Source: an uncultured Thermoanaerobaculia bacterium
GTDB lineage: Bacteria > Acidobacteriota > Thermoanaerobaculia > Thermoanaerobaculales > Sulfomarinibacteraceae
NCBI GenBank assembly: GCA_964597585.1
Contig: CAZQYU010000004.1
Location: 1-38,908, forward strand
Direction: 5' to 3'
Length of the DNA: 38,908 bases
This document shows positions 34,470 through 38,908 of this stretch, piece by piece. The notes beneath the pieces were generated by a model. That model searched no databases. It was not told the DNA's origin and saw only the letters and a list, made by a program, of their open reading frames with translations. The position numbers and the translations under genes were made by a program. Within the stretch, counting starts at the first letter, position 1; each line of letters opens with the position of its first letter.

Positions 34470-36467
34470 GTGACCTCCCGCCAGCGCCATACGCCACCAG
34501 AGGGTCAGCTTTTGCGACCGGTGTCGCTGACCTTCGTGACGATCGTGATCACCGCAGCCCGCACGCTCGGACTGCTCGCGCTCAGCGACCAGGGGTACTT
34601 CGCCAAGTATGCGGTCTTCGCCGCTCAAGTCCTCGCTGGTCATCCGCCCCTTGGTCGGCTCGCCGATCTCAGCCCGGCCTACCTGTGGACGGTCGTCGGG
34701 CTGACCGGGCCGCTGGGCTTCGGCGTCGAAAGCGTCCGCATCGTGCAGTGCGCCGCGGTCGGTGTGTCCGCCCTCGCGGCTGCGGCCATCGCCCGTCGGA
34801 TCGCTGGGGAAAGGGCGGCGTGGGTCGCCGCCCTCCTCCTGCTCTGCACCAGGGGTGCGTGGATCAACGCCAGCGAGCTGGAGCCGGAGACCCTGGTCCT
34901 TGTCCTCAACGGCGCTGGCCTCGCGGTGATCTTCAGCGGGCGTGGGCGCTGGCGCGAGCTCTTCGGTGGCCTCCTGCTCGGTCTCTCCGCAGCGACCCGG
35001 CCAACGATCCTGCCCGCAGTTGCTGTCCTGCTTGTCTGGCGCGGAGTCGCGACCTGGAAGACGCAGGTGAACCGCCCGCGCTTCGCCCATTTCGGCTGGT
35101 GGCGTACCCTCCCCCTCGCCCTCGCGTGCGGCGTCATCACGCCGCTGCTGGTACTCGCCGTGGTGCTTCCGGCCGTCGGACCGGTGGGGCTGATGAACCC
35201 GGGAACGGTCTTCTACGAGGGATGGAATCCCGAGGCCACGGGCTATCTCGGTGAGGCTCCCCAGGTGGTCAAGGACCTCGAACGAAGCGCGTCCGAGCCC
35301 GACGCACTGCACAGCGCCTACCGGCTCATCGCCCAGAGAGCGACCGGCGTTCCCGACGCCAACCGGTACTGGGGCGGGATGGGTCTCGAGGCTCTGCTCC
35401 GTCTGCCCACCCACTCGGCGGCACTTGCCGCACGCAAGGCGTGGCTGGCCCTGCACAGCTACGACGCCTGGGACCTTTCGACCATGGTCCTCAAGGAGCG
35501 TGAAATGGGAGGACAGCTGTGGGCGCCGTTCGGTCTCCTGGTGGCTCTTGCCGGAGTCGGGACCGTGCTCGCTCGACGTCGCCCGGGCACGCTGCCTCTG
35601 GCAGCAATCGCCGCTGCGCAGTGGCTGGTGATGGTCCTGTTCTACGTCACGTCCCGCCAGCGCAACGCTCTGCTGCCAGCGATGGCGGCCCTTGCCGGGA
35701 TCGGTGCCGCTGAGATTCTCACCGTGTGGCTGGCCCAAAGGCGGGGTGCGGCGATGGCGGCAGCACTCGCAGCAGTGGCGTGTGCCTTCTGTCTCTCCCG
35801 GCCGGGACCTGCACAGAAGGAGGACGCCCACGCCTGGACGGCGACTTTTTCCGTTCGCGCGGCAGCAGCGGCGGCAGAGCGCGCCGCCGCACGAGGCGAC
35901 ACCGGACGCGCGATCGCCGCGTGGTGCCAGTCCGCCCTCAGCCTCGGCCCGACCGGCCCGGCGCTCCCTCGCAGGGCGATCCGAACCGCCATCGCACAAC
36001 GTCTGACTCGCGAGTTGTCGCAGGCGGAACGATTCGACCTCGCCGTCGCCTCGATTCGGGCGCTGGATTGGCCGACCGCGGATCGGCTGCTCGCCGCCCT
36101 CCAAGACGAGGGCTACCAACCCCGCCGGGGCGCCGAGCTGGCGAGCTCGGTCGCCTACCAGCGCGCCCGGTGCCGCCTCCATCTCGGCGACCCCGCGGCA
36201 GCCCGCGCGTTGCTCGCTACCGCCCGCCGCGAAGCGCCCGGGGAAGCCGACGTTCTCGCGCTCTCGGCGGAGGTTTCGGAGTTGAGCGGCGACTCTCCCG
36301 TCGCCGGCTCACAGCGTAGGCTCCTCGCCGCGCTCCACGACCCGTTCACCGCTGGGCGTGCACGTGCCCGTGCCGCGGCCGACGTGGGCAACCGCACCAG
36401 AGCCGCTCGTTTGCTGGCTGAGATCGAGGACCGGCTCCCCGAGTGGATCCCAACGAGACCGCTCTGA
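34470..36467 (+). CDS. Multi-pass membrane protein, ArnT/PMT-like GT-C glycosyltransferase candidate with a TPR-like C-terminus
   Basis: About 11-12 TM segments; DLSPAYL, EPETL, ATRP, NPGTVFYEGWNPEATG, FYVTSRQR; Ala-rich helical repeats (VAYQRARCRLHLGDPAAARALL) at the C-terminus. Confidence 0.7.
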   Translation: MTSRQRHTPPEGQLLRPVSLTFVTIVITAARTLGLLALSDQGYFAKYAVFAAQVLAGHPPLGRLADLSPAYLWTVVGLTGPLGFGVESVRIVQCAAVGVSALAAAAIARRIAGERAAWVAALLLLCTRGAWINASELEPETLVLVLNGAGLAVIFSGRGRWRELFGGLLLGLSAATRPTILPAVAVLLVWRGVATWKTQVNRPRFAHFGWWRTLPLALACGVITPLLVLAVVLPAVGPVGLMNPGTVFYEGWNPEATGYLGEAPQVVKDLERSASEPDALHSAYRLIAQRATGVPDANRYWGGMGLEALLRLPTHSAALAARKAWLALHSYDAWDLSTMVLKEREMGGQLWAPFGLLVALAGVGTVLARRRPGTLPLAAIAAAQWLVMVLFYVTSRQRNALLPAMAALAGIGAAEILTVWLAQRRGAAMAAALAAVACAFCLSRPGPAQKEDAHAWTATFSVRAAAAAAERAAARGDTGRAIAAWCQSALSLGPTGPALPRRAIRTAIAQRLTRELSQAERFDLAVASIRALDWPTADRLLAALQDEGYQPRRGAELASSVAYQRARCRLHLGDPAAARALLATARREAPGEADVLALSAEVSELSGDSPVAGSQRRLLAALHDPFTAGRARARAAADVGNRTRAARLLAEIEDRLPEWIPTRPL

Positions 36468-36775
36468 CGCGAGGGTGAGGACCTGCCGGACCCGGCCTGA
36501 AGAGTGTCAGCCTCCGGAGACTTCCCGACCGACGATCACCTTCTCTCCCCCCGCCTCCGATGATGACGATCCGGGAACGTCCCGACGGACCGATGCTCCG
36601 CCGATCGAAACTCCTTCGGTCGCGACAACACGGACCGAGCCGAGGGGATTGCGGCACGAGAGCAAGGTCGTCGTATCGACGCTGAGGGACACAGCGTACG
36701 GGTCGAGTGACGTCCTCCGTCATCCGAGCCTATGGCTGCCGAGCCGGAAAGCGCTTTCGTTGGGCCTGCGAGGAC

Positions 36776-37240
36776 TCAGTCCGACTGGACTCCGTCGGGC
36801 CACTGCGTGAACGTGCCGTCGACCAGGACGATGTCCTCCCAGCTGAGCGTGGTCGTCCCCACGATGTACGGCAGATCCTGAGCGAAGTTCGTACCGTAGG
36901 AGATGATCGTATAGGTTCGGCGATCCGCTTCGTAATAGAGCGGCTGGTTCCATCCGTCAAACGATGGAGCGACTTCGATGTAGGTTGGCACGAGCGAGGA
37001 TCCGAGAACGCTCGCCGGGGAGCTCGCCATGGCCTGGAACTCGGCCGTGTCCTGGGCGTACATCTGCACCGCCTGGGAGAGCGTGCGCATCGCCATCATG
37101 GTCGACTTCTGATGGGCCCGGCGCAATGCCTGAAGCAGGTTCGGAATCGCGATCGCCGCGATGATGCCGATGATCGCCACGACGATGAGCAGCTCGATCA
37201 GCGTGAACCCGCGGTTGCTGGGCCTTCCTCGCATGAACAT
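36776..37240 (-). CDS. Type IV pilin / GspG-like pseudopilin
   Basis: Class III signal RG|FTLIELLIVVAIIGIIAAIAIPNL; GspG-like DGWNQPLYY....YTIISYG. Confidence 0.9.
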   Translation of the reverse strand: MFMRGRPSNRGFTLIELLIVVAIIGIIAAIAIPNLLQALRRAHQKSTMMAMRTLSQAVQMYAQDTAEFQAMASSPASVLGSSLVPTYIEVAPSFDGWNQPLYYEADRRTYTIISYGTNFAQDLPYIVGTTTLSWEDIVLVDGTFTQWPDGVQSD

Positions 37241-37511
37241 GACCACTTTCCTAAGCAAGTTCCGTTCCGAAAGCTCTCTGCTACTGGCGCCCGGACCTCC
37301 CCTGCCTGATCGTGGTACCGTCTCGGACGCATGGGCCGCGACGCCGTCTCTGTTGCCAGCCTGCACTTCTCACGATGTCGCGTGATGAGGGCGCAGAGGT
37401 GCCCGTCAGAGTCGAGTCCTTGAGCGGCGAGGCGCCGAGCCGTATGTGCGAGTCGCGAAAGGGCCGGCGATGGCTGACAGATCGGCGCCGGCAGTAGGGA
37501 GGTGGTGGGAA

Positions 37512-38636
37512 ATGCAGGCGAGTCTCCGCATCGGCCCGCTCACGGTCCGGCCGCCGATCGTGCTCGCGCCGATGGCCGGCGTCACCAACTACCCCTTTCG
37601 ATCGCTGTGCCGGCGCTTCGGCGCCGCTCTCTACGTCAGCGAGATGATCACCGCCCGGCCGCTCGTGGAAGGCCACGCCCGCACCCTCAAGCTCGCCGAC
37701 TTCGGCCCCGACGAGAGCCCACGCTCACTCCAGCTGTACGGGGTGGACCCGACCTACGTCGGAGCCGCCGTTCGACGCCTGGTGGAAGAAGGGCGCGTGG
37801 ACCATGTCGACCTCAACTTCGGGTGCCCGGTTCGCAAGGTCACCAGCCGCGGCGGCGGTGCGGCGATTCCGGCCAAACCCCGTCTACTGCGGGCGATCGT
37901 GGCGGCAGCCGTCCAGGCCGCCGGGCCGATCCCCGTGACGATCAAGGTTCGGATGGGGATCGACGACGATCACCTCACCTTCCTCGAGTCCGGCCGCATC
38001 GCCGAGGGGGAAGGCTGCGCCGGCGTCACCCTGCACGCCAGGACCGCCGCCCAGCTCTACGACGGAAGTGCCCGCTGGGAGGCGATCGCCCAGCTCAAGC
38101 GCGCGGTGGCGACGGTCCCGGTGCTGGGCAATGGGGACATCTGGCAGGCTGCAGATGCCGCTCGCATGATCCGAGAGACCGGCTGCGACGGCGTCGTGAT
38201 CGGACGCGGCTGCCTCGGCCGCCCGTGGCTCTTCCGCGACCTGGTCGATACATTCCATGGCCGCCCGCAGCAGCCCGGACCGACGCTCGGCGAGGTCGCC
38301 GACATCATGCGCGAGCATGCCAGAGCGCTCGTCGAGTGGTCAGGAGAGGTCCCCGCGATGCGGTCGTTCCGCAAGCACGCGAGCTGGTACGTCAAGGGGT
38401 TCCACGGCTCGAGCGGGCTCCGTGCCCGCCTGATGGCGGTTTCGACCCTCGCCGAGCTGGACGCGATCCTCGTCGGGGTGAACCGCGACGAGCCCTACCC
38501 ACCGGCAGCCGAGACCGCAAAGCGTGGCAAGCGGTCGGGCACCCAGCGGGTCGCGCTGCCGCCCGGCTTCCTCGACGATCCCGACGACGCGACCCCTCCC
38601 CCACCCGACGCCGAGGACCCCGTCTCCGGCGGGTAG
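37512..38636 (+). CDS. dusB: tRNA-dihydrouridine synthase (DusB-like)
   Basis: LAPMAGVTN, SEMI, QLYG, DLNFGCPV.KV, VTIKVRMG, LHART, GNGDI, IGRG.LGRPWLF; GGGAGG RBS. Confidence 0.92.
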   Translation: MQASLRIGPLTVRPPIVLAPMAGVTNYPFRSLCRRFGAALYVSEMITARPLVEGHARTLKLADFGPDESPRSLQLYGVDPTYVGAAVRRLVEEGRVDHVDLNFGCPVRKVTSRGGGAAIPAKPRLLRAIVAAAVQAAGPIPVTIKVRMGIDDDHLTFLESGRIAEGEGCAGVTLHARTAAQLYDGSARWEAIAQLKRAVATVPVLGNGDIWQAADAARMIRETGCDGVVIGRGCLGRPWLFRDLVDTFHGRPQQPGPTLGEVADIMREHARALVEWSGEVPAMRSFRKHASWYVKGFHGSSGLRARLMAVSTLAELDAILVGVNRDEPYPPAAETAKRGKRSGTQRVALPPGFLDDPDDATPPPPDAEDPVSGG

Positions 38637-38723
38637 CCCACTTCACCACGGTTCGGCGGGAACGCTTGCCGCACAGCTGGTGTTGAATACTCTGGAAGGC
38701 ACTATCCGGAAAGGAGATCGGCC

Positions 38724-38908
38724 ATGCCCAGGTTGACAGTCATGACCATCGCTCTCGCGCTCGGGCTGCTCGCTCCGGTGGTCAGGTCCGCTGCGGCGGA
38801 TGCCGGGACACAGGCGACACCGTGCTGCTTCGCCAACCCGCGCTATGCCGGCGTTTGCCAGGTCGCCCCGGGCGAGGGCGAGACCTGCAGCTCCATCCTC
38901 AACTACCT
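38724..38908 (+). CDS. Partial (3'-truncated) secreted Cys-rich hypothetical protein
   Basis: AAGGAG RBS; MPRLTVMTIALALGLLAPVVRSAAA|DAGTQATPCCFANPRYAGVCQVAPGEGETCSSILNY..., open to the window edge; absent from the ORF track because it has no stop. Confidence 0.75.
   Translation, partial: MPRLTVMTIALALGLLAPVVRSAAADAGTQATPCCFANPRYAGVCQVAPGEGETCSSILNY

Overview
GC-rich, gene-dense bacterial core-chromosome window. Gene order (lysS-lolC/E-lolD-clpC-bamA-skp-lpxD-fabZ-lpxA; DUF465-psd-pssA-asd-like) suggests a diderm Acidobacteriota-like organism (inference). Contents, left to right: tRNA-Leu(CAA); an ArsR + FmdB zinc-ribbon operon; a DUF4388 protein; nfnAB; a membrane GAF-GGDEF cyclase; mpg; an NDP-sugar epimerase; a stand-alone nuoB-nuoCD-nuoI cluster; a phospholipid operon; pepD; a FIST protein; pyrC-pfk-gloA; two GT-C-like membrane proteins; the outer-membrane biogenesis operon; rluB; an orphan pilin; dusB; and a truncated Cys-rich secreted protein. 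No mobile element, CRISPR array or rRNA was seen. Most notable: (1) the FmdB-family gene ends in TGA followed directly by a hairpin with bacterial SECIS geometry, making it a candidate C-terminal selenoprotein (GCGSGGFT-U-GV) under a Cys-rich ArsR; (2) an intact pssA is flanked by two apparent pseudoenzymes (Psd with Ser->Thr and His->Gln; Asd-like without its catalytic Cys or NADP loop); (3) a complex I Q-module-only operon; (4) a sigma70-type promoter encoded in synonymous codons of lolD. All calls come from reading motifs by eye; no database searches were run.
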